A DNA stretch of 64,000 bases from a virus (lineage: Duplodnaviria; Caudoviricetes): IMG/VR virus record IMGVR_UViG_3300037467_001267, positions 1 to 64,000 of that record, one strand, 5' to 3'. Positions 33,372 through 42,714 of this stretch are shown here, piece by piece. Position 1 is the first letter of the stretch. The number at the start of each line of letters is the position of its first letter. The notes beneath the pieces are model-generated. The model was not told the origin of the DNA. It searched no databases and saw only the letters and a program-made list of their open reading frames with translations. The translations under genes and the position numbers were made by a program.

Positions 33372-33778
33372 CGTTCGCCGACGCCGCAAAAGAAATCCGC
33401 GAACGTTTCGACATCAACTTCGCCCAGGCGAAGGAAGTGCCGGTCGAGTACCCGAACGTGCCGTTCACCCCGCCGCCCAGCGGAGTATGGGCCCGCTTCC
33501 GAATTCTGTGGGGTGATTCGTTCCAGGCCACGCTGGGCTCCGCCAAACGGTTCCGCACGCCGGGGATCTTAGAGGTGCAGATTTTCGAGTCCGTCCAAAA
33601 GGGCGACGGATGCTCGCTGGAGTTGGGCGACGTAATCAAAACGCTGTTCCGAAGCACCACGGTCAACGGCATCACTTGGAGAACACCATCGCTCGCAACA
33701 GTCGGACGCGACGAGCAATGGTGGCAGACCAACGTCTCGTGTCCGTTCTATTTCGACGAGGTAGCCAATGCCGAGTGA
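33368..33778 (+). CDS. Tail terminator protein
   Basis: YPNVPFTPP..WARFRILWG..GILEVQIF; synteny. Confidence 0.8.
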   Translation: MTFADAAKEIRERFDINFAQAKEVPVEYPNVPFTPPPSGVWARFRILWGDSFQATLGSAKRFRTPGILEVQIFESVQKGDGCSLELGDVIKTLFRSTTVNGITWRTPSLATVGRDEQWWQTNVSCPFYFDEVANAE

Positions 33779-34943
33779 TGCAGATCGTATGCGTATTTCC
33801 GCCATCGAGGAGACCGGCTTTGCCGGGGCCTTGACGAGCACCACCCTCCAGGACTGGCGGTTCACGTCCGAGTCCCTCCACCAGGAGCAGACGACGGAGG
33901 ACTCCAAGGAGATCAAGGACGACCGCCAGGTCAGCGACGTGGTCCGCACCAAGGTGTCGGGCATGGGCGGGCTCGGCCTGGAGCTGAGCTACGGGGCCCA
34001 CGACCCCATCCTGAAGGCCCTGCTCCTGTCCACTGCCTGGAGCTCGCCCGTCACCATCGGCCCCATCAGCACGCTCTCCGCCGCTGCCACCGACAACAGC
34101 TTCAACGACTCCGCGAACGGACTGGCCTCACTGGTCGCCGGCCAGTGGATCAAGGTGTCGGGCTTCGCGACCGCCGCCAACAACGGCTACTTCAAGATCA
34201 AGACCGTCGCCGCGGGCAAGGTCACCGTCACCGGAGGCACGCTCGTCAACGAGACCGCGTCGGCCGGGCGGAAGATCAACATGGGCGGGCAGATCGTCAA
34301 CGGCATCACCAAGACGAGCTTCTACATCGAGAAGCAGTTCAGCGACCTGACGAACGTGTTCGCCGGGTACAAGGGCATGATGCCGAACACCGGCGGGTTC
34401 TCGGTCAAGGCCGACCAGATCATCACCGGCAACGTGGACTTCCTCGGCAGCCGCGAAATCTCCCTCGCCAGCTCGCTGGGCTCGGGCTACACGCCCGCCC
34501 CGACCAACGGCGTCATGGCCGGCGTGTCGGACGTCACCGCGGTCTGCATCGCCCCGGCCGCGAGCCTGGTCCAGGCAGTGGACGTCAGCGAGTTCTCGTT
34601 CAACATCAACAACAACCTGCGCGAGCGGCTGCGGGTCGGCACGCTCGGTGCGTTCTCCATCGCGGCCGGCAAATTCAACGCCGACGGCAACGCCATCATG
34701 TACTTCGCCGACGCGACGCTGATCGACTACTTCCTGAACTTCACCGAGGTGTCGGTGGCGTACGGGATCAACGACGCGGCCAACAACGGCTACCTGATCG
34801 AGTTCCCCGCCGTGAAGTTCTCGCAGGGCCAGCGGGTGGCCGGCGGCGAGAACACCGACGTCATGGCCGACATGAAGTGGCGGGCCAAGAAGTCCGCGGC
34901 GGAGGGGATCACCTGCCGCATCGCCCGCTTCCCGGCGTTCTGA
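33768..34943 (+). CDS. Tail tube (major tail) protein
   Basis: RFTSESL, SFYIEKQFSD, FNINNNLR, IEFPAVKF; synteny. Confidence 0.85.
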   Translation: MPSDADRMRISAIEETGFAGALTSTTLQDWRFTSESLHQEQTTEDSKEIKDDRQVSDVVRTKVSGMGGLGLELSYGAHDPILKALLLSTAWSSPVTIGPISTLSAAATDNSFNDSANGLASLVAGQWIKVSGFATAANNGYFKIKTVAAGKVTVTGGTLVNETASAGRKINMGGQIVNGITKTSFYIEKQFSDLTNVFAGYKGMMPNTGGFSVKADQIITGNVDFLGSREISLASSLGSGYTPAPTNGVMAGVSDVTAVCIAPAASLVQAVDVSEFSFNINNNLRERLRVGTLGAFSIAAGKFNADGNAIMYFADATLIDYFLNFTEVSVAYGINDAANNGYLIEFPAVKFSQGQRVAGGENTDVMADMKWRAKKSAAEGITCRIARFPAF

Positions 34944-34957
34944 TACACCTTAGGATC

Positions 34958-35007
34958 GGCGGTGGGTGAGGGTTTTGGTGCTTTTACCTCGCCCACCGCC
35001 ACCTTTT
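34958..35007 (+). terminator. Intrinsic terminator-like hairpin after tail tube
   Basis: GGCGGTGGGTGAGG/CCTCGCCCACCGCC 14-bp stem followed by ACCTTTT. Confidence 0.55.
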
Positions 35008-35035
35008 AATTCATAAAGCACCGGGAGATTCTAAG

Positions 35036-35431
35036 GTGAAGATTTCACGCCTCAAGATCGACAAGGACAAGACGGAGAACGGCACCTGGTGCAAGACCGG
35101 CCTGGACGGGCTGGAGCTACTCATCGCCCGCCAGGGCAACATCAAGTACCGCGACTACATCGCCAAGAACTCGAAAGAGCTCCAGATCCAGGCCCGCCAC
35201 AACGCGATCGACGTCAAGGCCGTGGACCAGATCAACAAGGACGCCGCCGCCCGCTACATCCTGCTCGGCTGGCGCAACCTGGAGGACGACAACGGCCCGA
35301 TCGCCTACTCGCCCGAGAAGGCACGCGAGCTGTTCGACCTCGCACCCGACCTGTACGAGATCACGATGTCCTTCGCGCAGGACATGAACCAGTTCCTCGC
35401 CGACGCGGCGGAGGACTCCAAGGGAAACTGA
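35036..35431 (+). CDS. Tail assembly chaperone (G-like)
   Basis: ILLGWRNLED..PIAYSPEKARELF; between tube and tape measure; ends at GGGAAAC slippery site. Confidence 0.82.
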   Translation: MKISRLKIDKDKTENGTWCKTGLDGLELLIARQGNIKYRDYIAKNSKELQIQARHNAIDVKAVDQINKDAAARYILLGWRNLEDDNGPIAYSPEKARELFDLAPDLYEITMSFAQDMNQFLADAAEDSKGN

Positions 35432-35778
35432 CTCGCTGCCTGAGGTGGCAGCTGGAATGGGCCCCGCACCTGAAGGTGTTGGAGCATCGCCGCAAGCGAG
35501 GCCACTTCGTACAGGCCCTGGCCGAACGGCCGGTGGTGTACGATGATTTGGCCTTCGTGTGGAAGGCGTTCTTCGACCTGAGTCGCACGCGTCCCGTAGG
35601 GTTCGGCCCGTCGCCCCTGTCCACGTCCGACATCCTGGCCTGGATGCAGATCTACCAGCTCCCGCCCGCCCAGCGGGCGGAGTTCTACGAGCTGCTGACG
35701 GCCATGGACGAGGAGTGGATGAAGTGGGCCGACGCGGAGAGCAAGAGGAAACATGGCAACTCTAAAGCTGCTGATTGA
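35422..35778 (+). CDS. Tail assembly chaperone (T-like), -1 frameshift extension
   Basis: -1 frame entered at G GGA AAC 35422-28; WKAFFDLSRTRPVGFGPSPLSTSDILAW. Confidence 0.75.
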   Translation, partial: GKLTRCLRWQLEWAPHLKVLEHRRKRGHFVQALAERPVVYDDLAFVWKAFFDLSRTRPVGFGPSPLSTSDILAWMQIYQLPPAQRAEFYELLTAMDEEWMKWADAESKRKHGNSKAAD

Positions 35779-38533
35779 CGCGAGCGGTGCTCAGCGAGGG
35801 GCGGTGGACTTCCGCAACGCGACGATCACCATCAACAACGCGGCTGCGGGCGTGTCAAAGAACCTCCACGGCGTGGCGGATGCCGGCAGTCACTTCGGGC
35901 AGACCCTGAGTCATGTCCTGGCGGCTGCCGGCATCACGCTCGGCGTGCACAAGGTCGTCCACGACCTGCTGGAGTTCGAAACCGGCCTGGTCCGCGTCGG
36001 CAAGGCGACTGGCATCCACGGCCAGGAGCTGGACGCGTTCGGGGACGACATCGTCAAGATGTCCACCCATGTCCCGATCGCCACCCACGAGCTGCTGGAG
36101 CTCGGGTTCGCGGCCGGACAGCTCGGCGTCCACGGCAAAGAGAACATCATGGCCTTCACCGAGGCGGTCGCATTCCTCGGCACGACAGGCAACCTCGCTG
36201 GTGAGGAGGCGGCGCAGTCCCTCGCCCGCATTCTGAACGTCACCCGGGAGTCCTTTGGGCAAGTCAAGAACCTCGCGAGCACGATCGTCCAAGTCGCCCA
36301 TGGCGATGCTACGACCAAGGGAACGGCGGCAACAGAGGCTCAAATCGCCCGCACGTCAGTCAAGGTGGCCCAAGCCGCCGCCCCGTTCAACGTGAAGTCC
36401 GCCGACGTGGTCGCCCTGGCCGCGAGCTACGCGAGCGTGGGCGTGGAGGCCCAGGTCGCCGCGACGACGACGGGCAAGCTCCTGCGGGCCTTCGACGAGG
36501 CGACCCGCGTGGGCGACACGTTCGGCTCCCATCTGGGCGAAATCGCCCGGGTGTCGGGGATGACGTCGAAAGAGTTCCAGAACCTCTACAAGAACGACCC
36601 GTCCACCGCGTTCGCCAAGTTCGTCCAGGGCCTCGGCAAGATCCAGGCGGCGGGCGGCAGTGCGACGGAGGTCATGCAGGATCTGAACCTGGCCGACGAG
36701 CGGCTGCTCAAGGCGATCCTGCCTCTGGCGAAGGGCAGCGAGGATCTGGTCAACCGGCTCGCCCTCGCCCGCAAAGAGTTCAGCGACCCGAAGCGGCTCG
36801 ACATCGAGGCCGGGAAGCAGTTCGTCACCCTCGCCTCGCAGCTCAAGATGCTGGGCAACACGTTCGAAGCATTCTTCCTGGTACAGCGAGGGAAGGCGGA
36901 CGGGCTGCGGCAGTTCGTCCAGACCCTCAACGAGGCCCTCCAAGTCATGCTGGGCTTCCGCCAGGTCACCGACCAGACCAGCCCGGCGGTGAAGATTCTC
37001 GTCTCGCTGGTGAAGGACTTCGTGGCCGTGCTGGGCGTCTGGGCCGCGATCAAGGTCGTGGGGATGCTCAACGACATGCGGCTGCAGGTGCTCGGGTTCG
37101 CGGAGGGCATCGGCAAGGCGACCATCCTGACCAACCCACTCCTCTCCGCCGTGCTGGCGGTGGGCGTGGCCCTGTCCGCCTGGACGGTCGGCACGACCCT
37201 CATCGAGCAATTCCAGTCCGTCGCCGAGCTGGTCGAGAACCTCAGCTACAGCATCGCCAAGCTCCAACTGAGCGGCGGGAAGAGCATCACCGGAACCCTG
37301 GCGAACTTCCTGCCCGCCGGCACCACCGCCGTCGCCGGACTCGCGGAGCGGTACTCGACGCAGACCCCGCAGGAGATTTCCAACCTCAAGCAGCTCGACG
37401 AAATGCACGACAAGAGCATGAAGTCGATCCGCGACACGTTCGCCCAGAACGGCGGCAGCTCCACCGGCAACTCCTTCGGCAAGGACTTCGTCAAGAACTT
37501 CCTGGGTGCGACCGACCAGATGCGGGACGCCCTGAAGGGTGTGTTCGGCACCGAGGCGGTCGCCGCCGAAATGGCTAAGATCCGCAAGGGTCTGGAGGAC
37601 GCCGGCCATGCCGCCAAGGAGGGCGGGGAGCAGGGCACCGAAGCCTACGACGCCATGCACGAGGCCCTGCGTAAGAACATCGAGCAGCTGGAGTTCGAAG
37701 GTAAGTACCTGAAGCTCAACAACCTGGACCGTCAGGTCGCCTCGACGCTCGACAAGCTCCGTGCGGAGATCGGGGACGAGATCAACGACAAGGACGAAGA
37801 GGCACTCCATATCCTGGCCGAGCGCATCAAGCTCAACGCCCGGCTGAATGCCGAGCACGAGATCGACCAGGAGATCGACCGGATGCGGGAGGAGCTGGAG
37901 CTGGGCCAACTCGGCAACGACCAGCGACAGGAGGAGATCCTGTACCGCCAGGTCGTCAACAAGTACATCGAGCAGGGCATCGACCTGACGGAGGACTACA
38001 AGAACAAGACCCGCGACTTCATCCACGAGTACGTTAAGGTCAAAGACGCCCAGGATCGCTTCCAGAACTTCGCCAACAACGTCGGCGACGCTTTCGGACG
38101 TGCCTTCGAGAACGCTGCCATCCAGGGCAAGAGCTTCAAAGAGACGATGCTCGGCCTCATCCAGGACGTGGAGCAGGCCCTCATCCACGAGCTGGTCACC
38201 ACGCAGATCGTCAAGGCGGTCAGCGGGGCGGTGTCGGGCAGCGGGCTCCTCGCTGGTCTGTTCGGGGCCCAGCCGACGGCCCACGCCACGGGCGGCTGGG
38301 TCACCTCCCCGACGTTCTTCAACGCGGGCGGCACCACTCACGTCGCTGGCGAGGCGGGGCCTGAGAAAATCTCCACCGCCCGGGAGTACTGGGGTCTGGT
38401 CTCCGCCGCCCAACGCGGCGGGGAGTCGCCGAAGATCACGAACGTCAACATGACGGTCGTGACGCAAAACGCCGACAGCTTCATGAAGAGCAAGCGGCAG
38501 ATCACTGCCGAGATGAAGAGAGGAATCAAGTAA
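35753..38533 (+). CDS. Tape measure protein
   Basis: 926 aa Ala-rich helical, FETGLVRVGK core, C-terminal HATGG..AGEAGPE. Confidence 0.92.
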   Translation: MATLKLLIDASGAQRGAVDFRNATITINNAAAGVSKNLHGVADAGSHFGQTLSHVLAAAGITLGVHKVVHDLLEFETGLVRVGKATGIHGQELDAFGDDIVKMSTHVPIATHELLELGFAAGQLGVHGKENIMAFTEAVAFLGTTGNLAGEEAAQSLARILNVTRESFGQVKNLASTIVQVAHGDATTKGTAATEAQIARTSVKVAQAAAPFNVKSADVVALAASYASVGVEAQVAATTTGKLLRAFDEATRVGDTFGSHLGEIARVSGMTSKEFQNLYKNDPSTAFAKFVQGLGKIQAAGGSATEVMQDLNLADERLLKAILPLAKGSEDLVNRLALARKEFSDPKRLDIEAGKQFVTLASQLKMLGNTFEAFFLVQRGKADGLRQFVQTLNEALQVMLGFRQVTDQTSPAVKILVSLVKDFVAVLGVWAAIKVVGMLNDMRLQVLGFAEGIGKATILTNPLLSAVLAVGVALSAWTVGTTLIEQFQSVAELVENLSYSIAKLQLSGGKSITGTLANFLPAGTTAVAGLAERYSTQTPQEISNLKQLDEMHDKSMKSIRDTFAQNGGSSTGNSFGKDFVKNFLGATDQMRDALKGVFGTEAVAAEMAKIRKGLEDAGHAAKEGGEQGTEAYDAMHEALRKNIEQLEFEGKYLKLNNLDRQVASTLDKLRAEIGDEINDKDEEALHILAERIKLNARLNAEHEIDQEIDRMREELELGQLGNDQRQEEILYRQVVNKYIEQGIDLTEDYKNKTRDFIHEYVKVKDAQDRFQNFANNVGDAFGRAFENAAIQGKSFKETMLGLIQDVEQALIHELVTTQIVKAVSGAVSGSGLLAGLFGAQPTAHATGGWVTSPTFFNAGGTTHVAGEAGPEKISTAREYWGLVSAAQRGGESPKITNVNMTVVTQNADSFMKSKRQITAEMKRGIK

Positions 38534-38534
38534 C

Positions 38535-39512
38535 ATGGGCTTCCATGAAGTGGTCTTTCCCGAAGACATCAGCTACGGCTCCAGCGGCGGGCCGGGCTTC
38601 AAGACCTCCATCATCACGGTCAACTCCGGTGCCGAGGAGCGGGTGGCGCACTGGTCGCAGGCCCGCCGCAAATTCGACGTGGCCGAAGCTATCAAGAGCT
38701 ACGTGGAGCTGTCCCAGCTCATCCAGTTCTACAAGGCACGACTCGGCTGTGCGAACGGGTTCCTGTTCAAGGACTGGAGCGACTACGCCACCACGAGCGA
38801 CGGGATTCTACACGCGGAGTTCCCGACCGTCATCTCCCATACCGACCAGGTCATCGGGGTGGGCGACGGGACCAGAACGCAATTCCAGCTCACCAAGACG
38901 TACGCCGACATCGGCGGCTCCCATACCCGCACGATCACCCGCCCCAAGAGCGGCACCGTCCTGGTCGGCGTGGACGGGGCGAACCTGGCGACGGGCTGGA
39001 CGCTGAACTACTCGACGGGCGTGCTCAACCTCGCCACCGCCCCCGCGGCGGGGAAGGTCGTGACCTGGGGCGGACAGTTCTACGTGCCGGTGCGGTTCGG
39101 GGACGAGCTGGACGGGCAGCTCCCCATTTCGCTCGACGACTACAACAACGGCAGCGTCCGCATCCCGCTAATCGAGCTCCAGGACGAGGTGGAGTCCAGC
39201 GACGACTTCTTCATGGGCGGTGCCGTAGAGGTCGAGCTCCAGGCCAACTACAACCTCGACTCCCTCCACCGCGTGTTCGTCTTCAAGGCGACGAGCGCAG
39301 GCCACTCGGTGTTCCTGCCGAACCATGCCGCGTCGGCCGGTCTCCAGCCCGGTGGCCCGTTCTGCTACGTCATCAACGACGCCACGTCGCCCAACAACTT
39401 CTCGCTGAAGGACTACGACGGCAACCTCATCACCACGGTCAACGCGGGTGCCGGCGTGACGATGCTTCTCTCGATCGACGCCGTGGGGACGAGGGTGTGG
39501 TATGCTAAGTAG
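38535..39512 (+). CDS. Distal-tail protein (DUF2460/TIGR02217-type) with C-terminal extension
   Basis: FHEVVFPEDISYGSSGGPGFKT..EER..WSQARRKFD, FLFKDWSD, FYVPVRF. Confidence 0.88.
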   Translation: MGFHEVVFPEDISYGSSGGPGFKTSIITVNSGAEERVAHWSQARRKFDVAEAIKSYVELSQLIQFYKARLGCANGFLFKDWSDYATTSDGILHAEFPTVISHTDQVIGVGDGTRTQFQLTKTYADIGGSHTRTITRPKSGTVLVGVDGANLATGWTLNYSTGVLNLATAPAAGKVVTWGGQFYVPVRFGDELDGQLPISLDDYNNGSVRIPLIELQDEVESSDDFFMGGAVEVELQANYNLDSLHRVFVFKATSAGHSVFLPNHAASAGLQPGGPFCYVINDATSPNNFSLKDYDGNLITTVNAGAGVTMLLSIDAVGTRVWYAK

Positions 39513-40623
39513 AGACAAGTTCTACGGCGGAGCCTACGGAATCCCCAGCGGGTCACCCACACTCCGCAAGGGGGCACCCCGCGTCATCGACATTTCCGCG
39601 GTCGAGAACGGCACCAACGCCGCGAGCGTGACCCTGCCCAACAAGTCCCTCTACCAGCCGGGCGGGCCAGCATTCTTCTTCGTCAACAACGGCCCGCGGA
39701 CGATCGGGCTGAAGGACGGCAGCAGTACGTTCTGGAACGTGCCCCCGGGGAACACCGCGACGGTCGTGCTCGGCACGACCCGCTGGTGGGCGTTCATGGA
39801 CGTCACCGGCACGGCCAAGCCCGTCGCGACCAACGGCAACGTCGTCCGGACGGTGCCCGTGGGGTACGTGGTGCCGCCGACGACGGTGACTCAGCCCACC
39901 GCTTACGACCCGATCCTGTGTGACGGCGGATACCGCCGTGCGAGGCTCTGCGGGCCGGACGGCGGGGCGTACGTCAACATCTGGATGCTCGACGCCGACG
40001 TGGACCCGCATTTCGTGGACGGCGTGGCCATCTTCAAGTACCAGGACGTTTGCTACTACTTCAAGCAGAGCGACCGCCTCCAGGTCAACCACGGCTTCAC
40101 GCTCGCCGGGAGCGACGTGACCTGGTTCGCGACCTGCGATCTGTGTACCACGGACGGCGGTGGACCGCCGCCAGACCCGCCCGTGCCCTGTACGCTGCCG
40201 ACGGGCCTGTCTACCGCATACACGGTGGACTTCCATCACAAGCTGTACCTGAGCGGAGTGTGCCCGCCGGATTGCGAATCCGACCTGTCCGAGACACTGA
40301 CCCAGGTCTCGCCGGGCGTCTGGCGATGCACCAGCTACTCGACATGTCTCGGGCAAACCATGCCGTACTCCGGCAGCGTCGCCATCGAGATGACCTGGGT
40401 CAACCCGGGCGACGGCTCGCCATGTTACTGGGAGTTGTTCTTCACCGACGGGGTGGCGGCATGCCGGTCGGTGTTCCGGAAGTTCACCGGGCTGACCCCG
40501 ATCGGGGGCGACTGGTCCCAAGTCGATCCGTTCCCCCTATGGGTGTGCCCGGGCGACGGCCTTACCCATAACGTTTGTATCGGGGCAGACAACGACTCGA
40601 TTACTTCACCGGTGGTGGGATGA
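39502..40623 (+). CDS. Cys-rich tail-associated protein (possible receptor-binding protein)
   Basis: N-terminus paralogous to the Dit extension; 14 Cys in the C-terminal part. Confidence 0.6.
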   Translation: MLSRDKFYGGAYGIPSGSPTLRKGAPRVIDISAVENGTNAASVTLPNKSLYQPGGPAFFFVNNGPRTIGLKDGSSTFWNVPPGNTATVVLGTTRWWAFMDVTGTAKPVATNGNVVRTVPVGYVVPPTTVTQPTAYDPILCDGGYRRARLCGPDGGAYVNIWMLDADVDPHFVDGVAIFKYQDVCYYFKQSDRLQVNHGFTLAGSDVTWFATCDLCTTDGGGPPPDPPVPCTLPTGLSTAYTVDFHHKLYLSGVCPPDCESDLSETLTQVSPGVWRCTSYSTCLGQTMPYSGSVAIEMTWVNPGDGSPCYWELFFTDGVAACRSVFRKFTGLTPIGGDWSQVDPFPLWVCPGDGLTHNVCIGADNDSITSPVVG

Positions 40624-41012
40624 GGAAGAAACCGCTATTTACTCTGCCCCAGGTGGGGTGCGAGCACTGGTCGGCGGACGGGCTGAGCGGCGTGTGCGCC
40701 ATTGGCAAGTTCGGCGGCAGGCCGTCCCCCTCGATCTGCGAGCGATGCCCGGACTACTCTGGTCCGGAGGAGCGAGTCACCGGCAGGCCCGTCGCCCAGG
40801 GGCCACAGCCCGTCGATGCCTTGCTCTCGCCGCAGCGGCTCGCCCAGATCGACTCCTACAAAGAGGCATGCCGGGCATGCGAAAACTGGCTCGGCAGCTT
40901 CGACACGGTTAAGGGCACCACACTGGAGGGCTACACGAAGTGCGGCCGGTGTAACTGCGTGTCCAAACGCGTGAGTCTCTTCTCGGGTTACTGCCCGGTG
41001 GACAACTGGTAA
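40620..41012 (+). CDS. Cys-rich small protein (DUF6171-like C-terminus)
   Basis: CEHW..CAIG..CERC and CRACE..CGRCNC..CPVDNW. Confidence 0.6.
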   Translation: MRKKPLFTLPQVGCEHWSADGLSGVCAIGKFGGRPSPSICERCPDYSGPEERVTGRPVAQGPQPVDALLSPQRLAQIDSYKEACRACENWLGSFDTVKGTTLEGYTKCGRCNCVSKRVSLFSGYCPVDNW

Positions 41013-41866
41013 TGCTGATACTCTCACCAGCTCTCGAATCGCTGAGGCTCCAGCGGACTCACCGCTTCGCGATCCTCTGGCGCATCACCCGGGTGGACGG
41101 GCAGGTCTTGCGGTTCACCTCGCACGACCGGCCGATCACATACGCAGGCTCGCTGTGGACGCCTGCCGGCGGGTTCTCGTCCTCCGCCCAGCAACGCCAG
41201 GACGGCTTCAAGGATCGCAACTGGGAGGCGACCGGCATCATCTCCAGCGACGCCATCAAATTCGACGACCTGCGTGCCGGCAAGTACCGCCAGGCCAAGG
41301 TCGAGTGCATCAAGATCGACTGGCGGTATCCCTGGGCAGACCCGTTCGAAATCTCGACGTTTTGGATCGTCAACACCCAGTACACCGGCGTGCTTTGGGA
41401 GGCCCAGATCGAGGGCCTGACCCATAAGCTCAAAATGTCGATCGGGCGGGTGTTCGGAAGGACGTGTGACGTCCATGCGTTCGGGGACTCCCGCTGCGGG
41501 ATGAATGAGGCGGACTTCACGTTCTCGGGGAGCGTGACCGCGGTCAACGTAGCACGGCGGGATTTCCAAACGACCGTCAGCCAAACCACGAACTACTTCA
41601 AGCGTGGCTACGTGAAGTGGACGAGCGGCGACAACACCGGCCTGACGATGGAGGTCAACAAGAGCTTCGGCACCGCGGGCCGCATCGTCCTATGGCTGCC
41701 GATGCCGTACAACGTGGCCGTCGGCGACACCTTCAACATCGTCGCCGGATGCGACCGGCTGTACTCGACGTGCATCAACAAGTTCGACAACGTCGTCAAC
41801 TTTCGGGGGTTCCCATGGATTCCAGGGACGGACGCGGTTCTGCGCACGCCGGACGCGAAGACGTAA
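41012..41866 (+). CDS. DUF2163/Phage_BR0599 tail-tip protein
   Basis: WRITRVDG..FTSHDR, C..FGDSRC, GCD....C..KFDNVVNFRGFPWIPG. Confidence 0.9.
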   Translation: MLILSPALESLRLQRTHRFAILWRITRVDGQVLRFTSHDRPITYAGSLWTPAGGFSSSAQQRQDGFKDRNWEATGIISSDAIKFDDLRAGKYRQAKVECIKIDWRYPWADPFEISTFWIVNTQYTGVLWEAQIEGLTHKLKMSIGRVFGRTCDVHAFGDSRCGMNEADFTFSGSVTAVNVARRDFQTTVSQTTNYFKRGYVKWTSGDNTGLTMEVNKSFGTAGRIVLWLPMPYNVAVGDTFNIVAGCDRLYSTCINKFDNVVNFRGFPWIPGTDAVLRTPDAKT

Positions 41867-41876
41867 GGAGCATGGT

Positions 41877-42281
41877 ATGCCTTGGAAATGTTTCGCCATC
41901 AAAGCGATACGCATGACCGACTGGGAGTCCACACCCCATGGCGGGCAGTGTCGGCGGATGATGTTCACCCTGCCTGACGGGCGGGAAGTAGGATTTGACG
42001 AGTTGCCTCCCGGGGCTATGTGGCACTCCAACGACCAACCACGAGGCAGTTACCTCGCTGGGGCGGATAGCATCCAGGTCAAGTTGCCCGGCCCAACGAT
42101 CTGGTCGATGAACCGCCCGGGGACGAACGGGTGTAAGTGGGACGTGTCGGGAGAGATCCCGAACGTCACCGCCTCTCCCAGCATCAACTTCGTGGGCCTC
42201 TACCACGGTTGGGTTCAAAATGGTGTCGTATCGGACGACGTGGAAGGCCGCAAATTCGATGAGATGGGACGCCGTGCCTAA
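41877..42281 (+). CDS. Second DUF6527-like protein
   Basis: CKWDVSGEIPNVTASPSINF..YHGWVQNG; AAGGAG RBS. Confidence 0.58.
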   Translation: MPWKCFAIKAIRMTDWESTPHGGQCRRMMFTLPDGREVGFDELPPGAMWHSNDQPRGSYLAGADSIQVKLPGPTIWSMNRPGTNGCKWDVSGEIPNVTASPSINFVGLYHGWVQNGVVSDDVEGRKFDEMGRRA

Positions 42282-42714
42282 GCGACAAGACATTATCGAC
42301 TTCGCCCGCTCGCTGGTAGGCACCAGGTTCAAGCATCAGGGCCGGTTGCCCGGGGCCGGGTTGGACTGCATCGGCGTCGTGGCCGTCACCGCCCAGCACT
42401 TCGGGCTGACGTACCACGACATGACGGGCTACTCCAACCGGCCGGACGGGGTGACGCTATTGCGGGAGTTCGACAAGGCCCTGGTCCGCATCGGCCCGGC
42501 GGACGTACAATGCGGCGACGTGCTGACGTTCTGGTGTGAGGCCCCGGGCAAAGTCCAACATGCCGCGATCGCGACCGACCGCGGCATGATCCACTCGACC
42601 GTCGAGTACCGGCGGGTGGTCGAGCATCGCCTGGACGACTACTGGCGCAAACGGCTCGCTGTGTGCTATCGGTTCCCGGGCGACCTAGACACGATGAGGT
42701 TCTCATGGCGGTAG
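42274..42714 (+). CDS. NlpC/P60 tail-associated peptidase
   Basis: GTRFKHQGR..GLDCIG, HAAI, IHS catalytic motifs. Confidence 0.9.
   Translation: MPKRQDIIDFARSLVGTRFKHQGRLPGAGLDCIGVVAVTAQHFGLTYHDMTGYSNRPDGVTLLREFDKALVRIGPADVQCGDVLTFWCEAPGKVQHAAIATDRGMIHSTVEYRRVVEHRLDDYWRKRLAVCYRFPGDLDTMRFSWR

Noticed and set aside
36356-38569. Long minus-strand ORFs (also 13705-15141, 17855-18916, 26438-28096, 58476-60053)
   Set aside because: Antisense shadows of high-GC3 plus-strand genes with no motifs or RBS
42274-42714. NlpC/P60 as the endolysin
   Set aside because: Its position between BR0599 and the hub protein is the standard tail-tip peptidase slot
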